Positions 47,001 through 57,504 of a stretch of DNA of 64,000 nucleotides are shown piece by piece. The stretch lies in contig OZ242011.1 in the NCBI GenBank assembly GCA_965204755.1, forward strand, positions 2,048,001 to 2,112,000, read 5' to 3'. This DNA comes from Candidatus Marinacidobacterium sp. (lineage in GTDB: Bacteria; Acidobacteriota; Vicinamibacteria; Marinacidobacterales; Marinacidobacteraceae). A program made the translations under genes and the position numbers. Within the stretch, counting starts at the first letter, position 1; the number at the start of each line of letters is the position of its first letter. Under the pieces are notes generated by a model. It did no database searches and was not told where the DNA came from. It saw only the letters and a list, made by a program, of their open reading frames with translations.

Positions 47001-48824
47001 ATGCAGACGACCGAGCACGATGTGCTCGTCATCGGCGCCGGAGGCGCGGGGCTGAGGGCGGCGATCGAGGCTTCGGCCGCCGGCGCCCGGGTCGGCCTGG
47101 TCACCAAGTCGCTCCTCGGCAAGGCGCACACCGTGATGGCGGAGGGCGGGATCGCCGCCGCGCTGGCCAATGTGGACGGCCGGGACGACTGGATGACGCA
47201 CTTCGCCGACACCATGCGCGGCGGGCAGTATGTGAACGACCCGGCGATGGCCGAATTCCACGCGCGGGAAGCCCCTGACCGGGTCCGGGAACTCGAGGCC
47301 TGGGGCGCGGTGTTCGACCGCACCGACGACGAACGGATCCTCCAGCGCAACTTCGGCGGCCACAAGTACCCGCGCCTCGCCCATGTCGGCGACCGCACCG
47401 GGCTGGAGATGATCCGCACGCTGCAGGATCACGGCATCCACCTGGGTATGGAGGTCCACATGGAGTGGACGATCACCCGGCTGCTCACCGACGGCGGCCG
47501 GGTGGTGGGCGCGTTCGGCTACGACCGGGAGAAGGGCCGGTTCCACCTGTTCCGCGCTTCGGCGGTCGTGCTCGCCACCGGCGGCATCGGCCGCGCGTTC
47601 CGGATCACATCGAACAGTTGGGAATACACCGGCGACGGCCACGCGCTCGCCTACGCGGCCGGCGCGGAACTCATCGACATGGAGTATGTCCAGTTCCATC
47701 CCACCGGGATGGTCTGGCCGCCCAGCGTGCGCGGGATCCTGGTAACCGAAGGCGTGCGCGGCGAAGGCGGGGTGCTGCGCAACAGCGAAGGCCGCCGGTT
47801 CATGTTCGACGACATCCCGGACCTCTACGCGAACCAGACCGCCTCCGACCCGGAAGAGGGCTGGCGGTACACGCAGGGGGACAAGGACGCGCGGCGGCCG
47901 CCGGAACTCCTCACCCGGGACCATGTGGCCCGCTGCATCGTCCGCGAGATCCGCGAAGGCCGGGGCAGCCCGCACGGCGGCGTGTTCCTCGACATCGCCT
48001 GGATCCGGGAGAAACTCAAGGACGGCCCGGCGCACATCCGGCGCAAGTTGCCGAGCATGTACCACCAGTTCAAGGAACTCGCCGGTATCGACATCACCGC
48101 CGAGCCGATGGAAGTGGGGCCGACCACGCACTATGTGATGGGCGGCGTCCGGGTGGACGGCGAAACCCAGATGTCCCGGGTCCCCGGCCTCTTCGCCGCC
48201 GGCGAATGCGCCGGGGGGCTCCACGGCGCGAACCGGCTGGGCGGGAACTCGCTCTCCGACCTGCTGGTGTTCGGCAAGCGCGCCGGGCAATACGCCGCGG
48301 CTTACGCTTCGGAAAACCCCCGCGGCGACCACGCGTCCGCCGAAGGGGAGCAGAGCGAATCGGCTTCGGCGGAAGCGCTCGCGCCGTTCGACGACCCGGC
48401 CGGCGGCGCCGAAGCCGTGAACCCCTACGCCATCCAGAGCGAGTTGCAGGACCTGATGCAGGACCGCGTCGGGATCGTGCGGAACCAGGAACAGTTGGAA
48501 TCCGGTCTCGAAGGCGTCCTCGCGCTCCGGGAGAGATCCGCCGGAGTCCGGGTGGACGGCAACCGCTCCTGGAACCCCGGTTGGCACACGGCGCTCGACC
48601 TGCCGAACCTGCTGCTCGTCTCCGAAGCGGTGGCGCGGACCGCGGCGCTCCGCAAGGAGAGCCGGGGCGCCCACTTCCGGGAAGACCATCCCGGAAAGGA
48701 CGACCATTGGGGCCGGACGACGCTGGTCGCGCGCCGGGGGGCGGACGGCGAAATGGAGATCGTCGAGGAGCCGGTTACGGAACCGCGCGCCGAACTGCGG
48801 CAGATCATCGAGGACAACCGTTGA
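47001..48824 (+). CDS. sdhA: Succinate dehydrogenase/fumarate reductase flavoprotein subunit
   Basis: DVLVIGAGGAGL, AHTVMAEGG, QFHPTG, HYVMGG, HGANRLGGNSL and ESRGAH. Confidence 0.95.
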   Translation: MQTTEHDVLVIGAGGAGLRAAIEASAAGARVGLVTKSLLGKAHTVMAEGGIAAALANVDGRDDWMTHFADTMRGGQYVNDPAMAEFHAREAPDRVRELEAWGAVFDRTDDERILQRNFGGHKYPRLAHVGDRTGLEMIRTLQDHGIHLGMEVHMEWTITRLLTDGGRVVGAFGYDREKGRFHLFRASAVVLATGGIGRAFRITSNSWEYTGDGHALAYAAGAELIDMEYVQFHPTGMVWPPSVRGILVTEGVRGEGGVLRNSEGRRFMFDDIPDLYANQTASDPEEGWRYTQGDKDARRPPELLTRDHVARCIVREIREGRGSPHGGVFLDIAWIREKLKDGPAHIRRKLPSMYHQFKELAGIDITAEPMEVGPTTHYVMGGVRVDGETQMSRVPGLFAAGECAGGLHGANRLGGNSLSDLLVFGKRAGQYAAAYASENPRGDHASAEGEQSESASAEALAPFDDPAGGAEAVNPYAIQSELQDLMQDRVGIVRNQEQLESGLEGVLALRERSAGVRVDGNRSWNPGWHTALDLPNLLLVSEAVARTAALRKESRGAHFREDHPGKDDHWGRTTLVARRGADGEMEIVEEPVTEPRAELRQIIEDNR

Positions 48825-48852
48825 CTCGATCGGAACGGGAGACGAACCGCTG

Positions 48853-49602
48853 ATGGCCACCACCACTTTCCGCATCTGGCGGTCCGGCGAAGGCGGGGAC
48901 GGCGAGTTCGTCGAATACCGCACCGACATCACCGAGGGAATGGTGGTGCTCGACGCCGTGCACCAGATCCAGGCCGAGTCCGCCGGCGACCTGGCGGTGC
49001 GCTGGAACTGCAAGGCGGGGAAGTGCGGCTCGTGCAGCGCGGAAGTCAACGGGAACCCCCGCCTCCTGTGCATGACCCGGATGAGCGACCTGCCGCCGGG
49101 CGAACCGGTGACCATCGAGCCGATGCGCGCCTTCCCGCCGCTCCGCGACCTCGTCACCGATGTGAGTTGGAACTTCGAGGTCAAGAAGCGCATCCGCCCC
49201 TTCCGCCCCCGTTCGCCCGACGCGGAAGACGGGACCTGGCGGATGGCGCAGCGCGATGTGGACCGGGTGCAGGAGTTCCGCAAGTGCATCGAGTGCTTCC
49301 TCTGCCAGGATGTCTGCCATGTGCTCCGCGACTCGCACAAGCACGACGAGTTCATCGGCCCCCGCTTCTTCGTCCACAGCGCCGCGCTGGAGATGCACCC
49401 GCTCGACACCGAAGACCGGCTCGAGGAACTGCGGAAGGCGCAGGGCGTCGGCTACTGCAACATCACCAAGTGCTGCACCAAGGTCTGCCCGGAGCACATC
49501 ACCATCACCGACAACGCCATCATCCCGCTCAAGGAGCGGGTGGCGGACCGCTTCTACGACCCGGTGAAGAACCTCTTCCGGGTGATCACCGGCCGGCGGT
49601 GA
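48853..49602 (+). CDS. sdhB: Succinate dehydrogenase/fumarate reductase Fe-S subunit
   Basis: CKAGKCGSC, CIECFLCQDVC and CNITKCCTKVCP. Confidence 0.95.
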   Translation: MATTTFRIWRSGEGGDGEFVEYRTDITEGMVVLDAVHQIQAESAGDLAVRWNCKAGKCGSCSAEVNGNPRLLCMTRMSDLPPGEPVTIEPMRAFPPLRDLVTDVSWNFEVKKRIRPFRPRSPDAEDGTWRMAQRDVDRVQEFRKCIECFLCQDVCHVLRDSHKHDEFIGPRFFVHSAALEMHPLDTEDRLEELRKAQGVGYCNITKCCTKVCPEHITITDNAIIPLKERVADRFYDPVKNLFRVITGRR

Positions 49603-49716
49603 GCCCGGCCCGACCGGTCGGCGGATTCGTCCGACAGACGCCGCCCGCGATTCCAAACCACTGACCCACCCGGCCCCCCGGAAACGGGTGAGGCCCGACA
49701 GCGAGGAGAGACGGAC

Positions 49717-50085
49717 ATGACCTTCGGCGGAATCATCAAGGGCGGACTCGCGGCCGGCCTGTTCATCAACCTCAGCGGGTTCGTGCTGAACTTCGTCAGC
49801 TTTCCGGAAGGCAGCCTGGAGGGTTCTATTGCCTTTTTTGTGGCGTACACTTTCCTGCTCGGCATCCTCATCGCGTATGTGTACGCCGTTGCGCGCACCC
49901 GCTGGGGCGCGGGCCCCAAAGAAGCGGCCGCCGGCGCCGGAGCCGGAGTGTGGTGTCTCCACTCGGTGCTGAACTTGGGCGCCATGGACGTCTCGACCTC
50001 GGCGTGGAGCCTCATCGACGTAGTTGAACTGACCTGTATGGCCATTGCCGGCGTGATCGCGGGAAGAGTCCAGACTGAGGCGTAG
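49717..50085 (+). CDS. Small membrane protein (about 4 TM), unknown function
   Basis: RBS GAGGAGA; hydrophobic; Y.VARTRWGAGPK motif; 3' half is duplicated at ~51618-51876. Confidence 0.7.
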   Translation: MTFGGIIKGGLAAGLFINLSGFVLNFVSFPEGSLEGSIAFFVAYTFLLGILIAYVYAVARTRWGAGPKEAAAGAGAGVWCLHSVLNLGAMDVSTSAWSLIDVVELTCMAIAGVIAGRVQTEA

Positions 50086-50508
50086 TCACTCGTTTTCACG
50101 GTCCTGTTTTACAGGTGCCGTGGCTGTTATGGGACTGCTGTCGCCCGGTCGACTCCATGACAAATCGGTTGCTTCCGAGGAGAATCGGTTGATGATCTAT
50201 CTCGCTACCGATTCCTGCATCCTCGTCGTCGATTGTGCGGCGGGCCTGATGAACTTCGCTGTCGCATCAGCAAAGGGGGACGGAGAAGAACTGACCGTCG
50301 GAGAGGTCTTCTTCTGAGGGAGGCCCCGACGACTCTTGTCTTGGACGTCGTCGGCACGCATCTTCCGGGATAGCGCACGTCGCGTCAGCTCTCGTCGCTC
50401 TCGGGACAACGGTCCAATCGGTTCGACTCGTCTCATGGAGTCCAGATGTGTATGACAACGGATCACAGTCCATTAGACAGTGCGCTCATTACTCCCGTCA
50501 ACCCCGCG

Positions 50509-51453
50509 CTAGCCGTTCACCAGGTCAGCCAAGATGGCACCGCACGCGGCCAACCCCCCGAGTGGCAAGACGACGAAGACGAACAATAGCGCGATGACGA
50601 TGGCGACGACCACTCCTCCGAAGCCGATACCTCTCCTCTCAACGCTCACATTGGCCGCTACCCTGGCCCGTTGGATGTCCGCCCTGCGTCTCTGCGCCTC
50701 TGCTTCTCGTTGAGCGGCCTTGGCAGTTTCCTTAGCTTTTTTCGCGGCCTCCTTGGCGACGAGCGCAGCAGGGTCTGGTGTGCCAGAACCGGCCACGGTG
50801 TTCTTGGCCACTTTCCATTCACGTTTTGCCGCCTTCGCGATCCGCTTCTTCACGAGTGCTTGATCCTCGGCCTCGAGAGCGCGTTCCTCGATCGTCGCCT
50901 CGGGGGCCCTCTTTCGGTCGTTCTCTAGACTCCAAGCCGCTCTTGCCGCGGCCGCACTCGCCTTCCGGGCGAGAGCTTCGGTCTGCCCTTCCATGTCTGC
51001 GTTCCCCGCCGAGACGGCTTCATCCGCGTCCAACGCCTTCTCCAACCTCTTTACGGCATGAAGAAGCAGAGCCTGCGTCGTCAACCCCAGTTCACCCCCG
51101 GCGTCCTGGAATCGGTTCACATCGCGGAGCACGGCGTATGCCGCGCGCGCCGCTTTTTCAGTCAGCGGGCCCAGCGCGCGCAGCGCTTCCTCGGGCATGG
51201 GCTCCAGTCTCCATGGAAGACTCGAAGAGGTAGTATCGGCATCAACCGGCCCTGTCGCCTCAGCGGACTTGTCCTCGGTCTGTTCGGCCTCGGTGCGGTC
51301 GCTGTCGGCGCGCCGCTTGGGAGTGGGCGAATCCTCTCCAAGCGCCAATCCGATCTCCGCGGGACTCTCATCCCCACTCGATACACGGGTGAAGACGCGC
51401 AACAGAATGGCCAAGACAGCGATAATCGGGAGGATCGCCGGTTCCCAATCCAT
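50509..51453 (-). CDS. Hypothetical protein with N- and C-terminal TM segments and a central coiled coil
   Basis: 314-aa ORF with hydrophobic ends and an Ala/Lys/Glu-rich helix; codon style differs from the flanks. Confidence 0.6.
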   Translation of the reverse strand: MDWEPAILPIIAVLAILLRVFTRVSSGDESPAEIGLALGEDSPTPKRRADSDRTEAEQTEDKSAEATGPVDADTTSSSLPWRLEPMPEEALRALGPLTEKAARAAYAVLRDVNRFQDAGGELGLTTQALLLHAVKRLEKALDADEAVSAGNADMEGQTEALARKASAAAARAAWSLENDRKRAPEATIEERALEAEDQALVKKRIAKAAKREWKVAKNTVAGSGTPDPAALVAKEAAKKAKETAKAAQREAEAQRRRADIQRARVAANVSVERRGIGFGGVVVAIVIALLFVFVVLPLGGLAACGAILADLVNG

Positions 51454-51617
51454 AAGTCCGTTCGTCCAAGTTAGTAGTCGTTGCCGGGATGCGGGGCAGG
51501 CTGCGAATCAGTGCCCCTATCTCCTCGCTGATCCGTGACCTCCGATTCCATTGCCACCGATACCCTTCGCCCTATTGTACACGACTGGGCTCGGCTCTGG
51601 ATGGCCGAGTCGTACTG

Positions 51618-51876
51618 TCGCCTTCTGGGTGGCCTACGCCTTCCTGCTCGGCATCCTCACCGCGTTGTGTACGCCGTGGCCCGCCCGCGCTGGGGCGCGG
51701 GCCCGAAAGCGGCCGCCGGCGCCGGAGTCCTGGTGTGGACCCTCCACGCACTCCTGCCCACCGCCGGAGCGGTGAACCTGGGCATCATGGACTTCCCGAC
51801 CCTCGCGATGGTCTGGAGCCTGCTCGACATGGCCATCGCCGGCCTCATCGCCGGAAAACTCCACACCGAGGCGTAA
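51618..51876 (+). pseudogene. Displaced, frameshifted 3' fragment paralogous to 49717..50085
   Basis: VAFWVAYAFLLGILTA / VYAVARPRWGAGPKAAAGAG...IAGLIAGKLHTEA*; 1-nt deletion at ~51665 (gcg tt gtg vs gcg tat gtg); no 5' half. Confidence 0.72.
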
Positions 51877-51892
51877 CCGCCTCCCGCGCGGG

Positions 51893-54800
51893 TCAGCGGG
51901 CGGCGAGGACTTCGCGGGCGCGGCGGGCCTGTTCCCGGTCGCCTGCCGCGAGGGCCGACTCCAGCAGGCCCTCGTAGGCGATCCGGTTCGCCGGGTCGCG
52001 GTCCACCGCCTCCCGGTAGTGGGCGACGGCGGCGGCGAACCGGCCGGACTCCCGCTCGAAGGCGCCGAAGTTCGCCCAGTGGATCGCCGGGTCGGGGGCC
52101 CGGCGGACCAACTCGGCGAAGGCTTCGCGCGCTGCTTCCCGGGATTCGGGGCCGTCGGCGGCGCCGGCGAGCGCGACCGCCCGCACTTGGAGCGCCCGGG
52201 GGTGGGCCGGGTGTTCGCGGAGGACCGCGGCGGCGTCTTCCGCGGCCTGCGCCGGGTCGCCGGCGCGGAGGCGGAGTTCCGCGAGCCAGGCGGCGGCGTC
52301 GGGGTTTCGCGGCGCCTCCCGGAGGGCCGCGCGGACGAGGGCGGCGGCGGACTCCAACTCGTTCCGGCCGACCTGGACTTCCGCGGCCAGCAGCAGCGCC
52401 TCCGGGTCGCGGGCGAGCGCCGGCGGCCCGGATTCGAGCGCGGCCGCGGCCTCTTCGAGCCGCCCGGCGGCGTGGAGCAGCCGGGCGAGCGCGGTGGTGA
52501 GCCGTGCCGCGGCCGGGCTGTCCGGGCCGGCCGCGCCGTCCGAGCCCCCTGCGCCGTCCGTGGCTGCAGCGCTGAGCAGCCGCCGCAGGACGCGTTCGCC
52601 GGGCTCCGTCTCCCCCGATGCCGCGGCCGCCCGGACCAGCGCCAGCGCCGCCGCCGGGTGCGTCGGGTCGAGGTCGAGCGCCCGTTCCGCGACTTCGAGC
52701 GCCCAGACCGGGCTGGCCGCCGAGAGGAGACCCTCCGCCCGCGCGGTCAGGGCGTCGGCGTCCGGCGGCGCCGCGCCGGCGAAGCGCCCCGGCCGCGCGC
52801 CCAGCCGGCGGAGCGTTCGGCGGTTGTCCGCGGCGGTCTCGCGGTGGGCCGAGAGCGGCGCCCGGAATTCCAGGACCGGGCGGTCGTCCCGGTGGCGGGG
52901 CGCGTCCGCCGCCCAGCGGGCGAGTTCCTCGCCGGAGGCGGCGTAGAAGGTGGTCAGCGCTTCCGGCCCGGTCAACCCGTAGGGCGCGGTCTCGTCCGCG
53001 ACCCGCGCGAGCCGCCGGCGGACTTCCTCCGGCGTGACCTCCGGGAACGGGCCGTTCGCGCCCAGCAGCAGCGCGTCGCCGTCGTGGAGGGTGAACGCCG
53101 CGGACTCCGGGAAGACCTCGGTGAACCCGGCGACCACCGTCTGCAACTCCGGCTCGGCCAGCCGGTAGAGGTGGATCCACTGGCAGAAGAGCCCGCCGGG
53201 GGCGAGCCGGGAGCGCACCGACTCGAAGAACTCCACGGTGAACAGCGGCGAGACCCCGCTCATCCAGGGGTTCGAGGGTTCGGAGATCACGACTTCGTAC
53301 CGGTCCTCGCCCAGCAGCAGGTGGTTCCGCGCGTCCACCGGCAGCAACTCGAAGCGCTCGTCCTCCCACGGTGAGCCGTTGCTCGCGGCGAAGAGGCGGG
53401 CGGCTTCGGCCACTTCCGGCGAGATCTCCGCCGCCGCCACCCGCTCCACCGGATGCCGGAGCGCCGCGCCGGCGGTGACGCCGCTCCCGTAGCCGACGAT
53501 GAAGACGGACTTCGGGAACCCCGAACCGCCGTCGTCCGCCAGCGCGAGGGGCAGGTGGGCGAGCAGGCGCTGGGTCAGCATGTCCGCGCCGTCCGTGGCG
53601 TCCACCTTCCCGTCGATCGCCAGCGAGGTCTCGCCGGCGACGCGCTTCGCGGAGACGGTGGCGGCGGCGTCCTGGCCGAGGAACACCGTCCGGCCCCGGC
53701 GCAGGAAGTCCCGGTGCCGGTGCGGCTCGACCTGCGCCGCCGCCTGGTAGAGCCCCCCGCTGAGCAGGTCCCAGTCCCAACCCCGGGCGGCCGTCCCGGC
53801 GAGGAGCGTCGCGGCGAGGGCGGCGCCGAGGACGCCGGGGCGGGGCAGGGCCACCGCCGCGGCGATCGCGTGGGCGAGGACCGCGGCGAAGAGCGCCGCC
53901 TCGATGCCGAGGAGCGGTATGACCACCAGCCCGGCGGCGAGCGCCCCGCCGGCGTTCCCGGCGGCGGTCCAGCCGTAGATCCTCCCGGTGGCGCGACCGG
54001 CTTCGCCCCCGTTTCCGGCTTCGCTTCCTACCGCGGCGAGCGCCACGGCCAAGGGGAACGCCGCGCCCAGCAGCGCGCCGGGGACGAGCAGCGCGGCGAC
54101 GGTCTGGAGGAACTGCAGGTCGAGGAGCGAGGCGACTTCCCCGGCGCGGCGGGCGATCTGCCCCCCGATCGGGAGTACGAGGTCGTCCGCCAGCGCGACG
54201 ATCCCCGCCCCGGCGGCCGCCGCGCCCAACTGCGTGAACGCGAGCGCCTTCGCCGCCGTCCGCCGCGGGCCCCCGCCCCCTTCGCGTCGGCGGGCGAGGA
54301 GCCGTCCGGCGAACCCGCTGCCGAGCGCCGCGCCCAGGATCACCCCGGCGACCACGCAGGCGAAGGTGTAGATGGTCGGCCCGAACAGGAGCGCCGCGAG
54401 CCGCGCCCACGCGACTTCCGCCGCCATCGCCGCCGACCCGGAGAGCGCCGCGACCGCGGCCGCCCGCCGGGGCCACGCGCCGGCGCCCCCGCCCGTCGGG
54501 CTCCGGGCGGCGGCCGGCGCCGCCGATTCGGGAACCGCGTCCTCCGGCGCGCCTCGCCCGGACGAGCGACTCCGCGCCCAGCCGAACACCGACCCGGCGG
54601 CTATCAGGTTCGCCGCCGCGGCGAACCCGGTGGAGGCGGCGAGCCCCCACTCCGGGACCAGCCAGCGCGCCGCCGCCACCGACCCGACCAGCGCCCCGAG
54701 CGTGTTCGCGGCGTAGAGCCACGCCGCCGTCCGGCTCTCCGCCCGCCGCCGCGTCCGCCGGTCGAGCGCGGTGAGCGTCGGCAGCGTCGCCCCCATCAGC

Positions 54801-55273
54801 GTGGCCGCCGGCAGCAGGAAGACCGCGGCGACCAAGCCGGCGGCCAGCGGCGCCGCGCCCGGCGAGTAGAGCGCCCGCAGCAGCGGCAGCGCGGCGTCCA
54901 GGTAGAGCGGCAGGAGCAGCGCGAAGGCGGCGGCGCCGATTTCCAGCAGCGCGAACCGGCGCGCCAGCCGCGCCGCGACCAGCCGCCCGCCGCTCCGCCC
55001 GGCCAGCGCCGCGCCGAGACCGAGCCCGCCGAGGAACAGCGCCAGCACCAAGGTGACCGCGGCGTTCGCGGTCCCGATGGTCACCGCGAACCGGCGCACC
55101 CACACCACCTGATAGACCAGCGAGGCGAAGCCGGACAGGAGCAGCGCCGCCGGGAGCAGGGCCGCCGCTGCCGGCGAGGTCGTCTCGCGCGTCGGCGGGC
55201 GGGACGCCGGGGTCGGGATTGCCGGGGCCGGGGAGGCCGGGCGCCGGCGGCGCGGTCTCCGGGAGCGGGCCAA
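51893..55273 (-). CDS. Fused MFS-like / spermidine synthase-like methyltransferase with C-terminal TPRs
   Basis: SGFASLVYQVVW.R, LYAANTLGA, LAIDGKVDA, VGYGSGVT, VVISEPSNPW and FCQW; TPR-like helices at the C-terminus. Confidence 0.88.
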   Translation of the reverse strand: MARSRRPRRRRPASPAPAIPTPASRPPTRETTSPAAAALLPAALLLSGFASLVYQVVWVRRFAVTIGTANAAVTLVLALFLGGLGLGAALAGRSGGRLVAARLARRFALLEIGAAAFALLLPLYLDAALPLLRALYSPGAAPLAAGLVAAVFLLPAATLMGATLPTLTALDRRTRRRAESRTAAWLYAANTLGALVGSVAAARWLVPEWGLAASTGFAAAANLIAAGSVFGWARSRSSGRGAPEDAVPESAAPAAARSPTGGGAGAWPRRAAAVAALSGSAAMAAEVAWARLAALLFGPTIYTFACVVAGVILGAALGSGFAGRLLARRREGGGGPRRTAAKALAFTQLGAAAAGAGIVALADDLVLPIGGQIARRAGEVASLLDLQFLQTVAALLVPGALLGAAFPLAVALAAVGSEAGNGGEAGRATGRIYGWTAAGNAGGALAAGLVVIPLLGIEAALFAAVLAHAIAAAVALPRPGVLGAALAATLLAGTAARGWDWDLLSGGLYQAAAQVEPHRHRDFLRRGRTVFLGQDAAATVSAKRVAGETSLAIDGKVDATDGADMLTQRLLAHLPLALADDGGSGFPKSVFIVGYGSGVTAGAALRHPVERVAAAEISPEVAEAARLFAASNGSPWEDERFELLPVDARNHLLLGEDRYEVVISEPSNPWMSGVSPLFTVEFFESVRSRLAPGGLFCQWIHLYRLAEPELQTVVAGFTEVFPESAAFTLHDGDALLLGANGPFPEVTPEEVRRRLARVADETAPYGLTGPEALTTFYAASGEELARWAADAPRHRDDRPVLEFRAPLSAHRETAADNRRTLRRLGARPGRFAGAAPPDADALTARAEGLLSAASPVWALEVAERALDLDPTHPAAALALVRAAAASGETEPGERVLRRLLSAAATDGAGGSDGAAGPDSPAAARLTTALARLLHAAGRLEEAAAALESGPPALARDPEALLLAAEVQVGRNELESAAALVRAALREAPRNPDAAAWLAELRLRAGDPAQAAEDAAAVLREHPAHPRALQVRAVALAGAADGPESREAAREAFAELVRRAPDPAIHWANFGAFERESGRFAAAVAHYREAVDRDPANRIAYEGLLESALAAGDREQARRAREVLAAR

Positions 55274-55282
55274 GACGACCCC

Positions 55283-56320
55283 TCAGCCGCCGCCCGCCGG
55301 ACGGTGCAGGTAGCCGCGCCGCGCCCGCACTTCGGCCCCCGGGGCGGTTACCGCCACTTCCAGCCGCCGCCACCCGGCCGGCGCCGCCGGGTCCGGGCGG
55401 AACGCCAGCACATAGCGGGAGCGCATCTCCTCCAGGATGCTCTGGTAGGCCGACCCCAGCCGCCGTTCGTCCCGCGTCCGGATCAACTGCCCGCCGCTCC
55501 GCTCCGCCAGCAGCCGGAGGAGCGCCGCCCCGGACGGCGCGCCGGTTCGCCTCCGTTGGCGGCGGCGCGGCCCTTCGAGCAGCGCCTCGAACTCCTGCGG
55601 CGCGAGGCCGTATTCCGTCCGCCGGACGCCGATCCGCTCCCGCCGCCGCACCGAGGGCGGGGCGAAGTCCGACCGGCGGGCCCGGAGACGCCGCCGCGCC
55701 AAGTCCCGCGTGTCGGGCGGGACGATCACCTGGAGGACGGCCCCGCTCCCCCGGAGCGCGTCCTCGAGGAACGCCTCCGGGACCCAACTCCGGGTGTCCA
55801 GCCCGTCGGTGAACAGGATGAGCACCGGCCGGCCGGGCGCGGCGTCCACCAGCGCCGCCGCGAGCAGCAGCGAGTCGCGGAGCGAAGTCCCGTCGCCGAA
55901 GGAGGCGTCGGGGAACGGGCTCCCCGCGGCGCTGCCGCAGGGGGCGAACTCGCGGGTCAGGAGCAACTCCGACGAGAACACCGCCGCCGCGCAGGTGTCG
56001 CGCTCGGACAACTGCGCGGCGAACCGGGAGGCCGCGTCGGCCAGCAGGCGCCGCCGCTCGGCGTTCACGCTTTCGCTCAGGTCCATGGCGAACAGCACCG
56101 AGAGCGGCCGGCGCTCCTGGGCGACCAGCCGAACCTCCCGCGGCGTCCCTTCGTCGAGCAGGGTGAAGTCCCGCGCGGCGAGTCCTTCCACCGGTCGGCG
56201 GCCGTTCGTGACCACCACATCCACGAGGACTTCCTCCGCGGTGACGCGGAACTGGCCGGCCTCCGCCGGGAGCGTTGCGGCCAGGGCGAGCGGCGCGGCG
56301 AGCGCGGGCAGGGGGAACAC
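55283..56320 (-). CDS. VWA domain protein (Acidobacterial type)
   Basis: VLVDVVVT, DLSES, LFTDG.DT.SW, SGG, RYVLAF.P and VRARRGY. Confidence 0.85.
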   Translation of the reverse strand: MFPLPALAAPLALAATLPAEAGQFRVTAEEVLVDVVVTNGRRPVEGLAARDFTLLDEGTPREVRLVAQERRPLSVLFAMDLSESVNAERRRLLADAASRFAAQLSERDTCAAAVFSSELLLTREFAPCGSAAGSPFPDASFGDGTSLRDSLLLAAALVDAAPGRPVLILFTDGLDTRSWVPEAFLEDALRGSGAVLQVIVPPDTRDLARRRLRARRSDFAPPSVRRRERIGVRRTEYGLAPQEFEALLEGPRRRQRRRTGAPSGAALLRLLAERSGGQLIRTRDERRLGSAYQSILEEMRSRYVLAFRPDPAAPAGWRRLEVAVTAPGAEVRARRGYLHRPAGGG

Positions 56321-56329
56321 GCGGACTCG

Positions 56330-57394
56330 TTACCGGTTGGTGAGCGCGAGCGCGCGCAATCGGGCGAGGCGGGGGCGCTCGGCGATGACGCCGGAGAGGA
56401 GGAAGTCCCACCAAGTGTCGGGCCCGTCGGCGGCCTCCAGGTAGTGGCGGGCGGCTTCGCCCGCGCCCTCGGTGTCCCCGAGCCGCTGGCGAACGGCGGT
56501 CAGCCCGGCCGCCGCCGCCAGCGACCCGATGTCGATCGCCTGCGCCCGCGAGAACGCGCGTTCCGCCTCGGCGGCGCGGTCGAGCCAGAGCAGCGCCTCG
56601 CCCCGGAGGAGGAGCGAGAGGAAGCGTTGCCGCGCGGTCAACGCGTCCCCGACCTCGTCCCCGACCGCGTCGAGTCGGGCGAGCGTCCCTTCGGCGTCGC
56701 CGTCCCGCAGGACCAGGTGGGCGAGGCGGAGTCGGAGGTCGGCGGCCGGCGCGTCCGGCTCGGCGGCCAGCGCCCGCTCGTAGGCGTCGCGCGCCTGGTC
56801 GAAGAACCGCTCGTCGTGGAACATCCAGCCGAAGAGCGCCGAGAGATGTCCGCGGGCCAGCCGCGCTTCCGGGTCGGCGCGGAACTCCTCGGTGAGGAAC
56901 CGGGCGACCCGCACCGCGTCTTCGAGCCGCCCGTACTCCATGTAGAAGCCCAGCAGCCCGAGGTGGGCGTTCCTCGTCCATTCGTCGCGGTTCTCCTCGG
57001 TGACGCGGGCCAGCATCCGCCGGGCGAGGCGTTCGTGCTCTTCCGGCGCGGTCTCCGCGGGTCCCGCCAGGTCGAAGTGGAACAGTGAGGCGGCGAGCAG
57101 TTCCGCATCCCGCGAGGGGCTGCTGCCGCCGCGTCGGTCGAGGAACGACTCGGCGGCGCCGCGGAGTCGGCGCAGCGGAATGCCGCGGCCCTCGCGGACC
57201 GCGCCGACGAAGTCGCCGCCGCGGTACCGGGCGAGCCGCCGTTCGTACGCGGTCGGCGGCGGCTCGGCGCCGGTTTCCTGCGCGGCGAAGGCGGCCGCCG
57301 CGCCGCCGAAGAGGACGAACGCCAAGCCGGAAGCGATGGCCGCGCGCTTCCCCCGGGCGGCCGGCGCCCGCCTTCCGGGCCGGGTACTTCGCAC
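56330..57394 (-). CDS. TPR repeat protein
   Basis: Signal peptide; ARDAYERALA..P and LLRGEALL...AEAERAF.RA helical repeats. Confidence 0.72.
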   Translation of the reverse strand: MRSTRPGRRAPAARGKRAAIASGLAFVLFGGAAAAFAAQETGAEPPPTAYERRLARYRGGDFVGAVREGRGIPLRRLRGAAESFLDRRGGSSPSRDAELLAASLFHFDLAGPAETAPEEHERLARRMLARVTEENRDEWTRNAHLGLLGFYMEYGRLEDAVRVARFLTEEFRADPEARLARGHLSALFGWMFHDERFFDQARDAYERALAAEPDAPAADLRLRLAHLVLRDGDAEGTLARLDAVGDEVGDALTARQRFLSLLLRGEALLWLDRAAEAERAFSRAQAIDIGSLAAAAGLTAVRQRLGDTEGAGEAARHYLEAADGPDTWWDFLLSGVIAERPRLARLRALALTNR

Positions 57395-57504
57395 GCCGCC
57401 TTCCTCGCGGCGATTGTCTCACCGGGTGAGCCGGCCGGGCGGGAAAACCGTTACGATCCTTCGCCGCCGCCCTTCGGGATGGGGAGCGCGGCGAGGTGTT
57501 CGCC

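Noticed and set aside
50120-50473. Small ORFs inside the foreign islet
   Set aside because: Short, overlapping, with no recognisable motifs or RBS.
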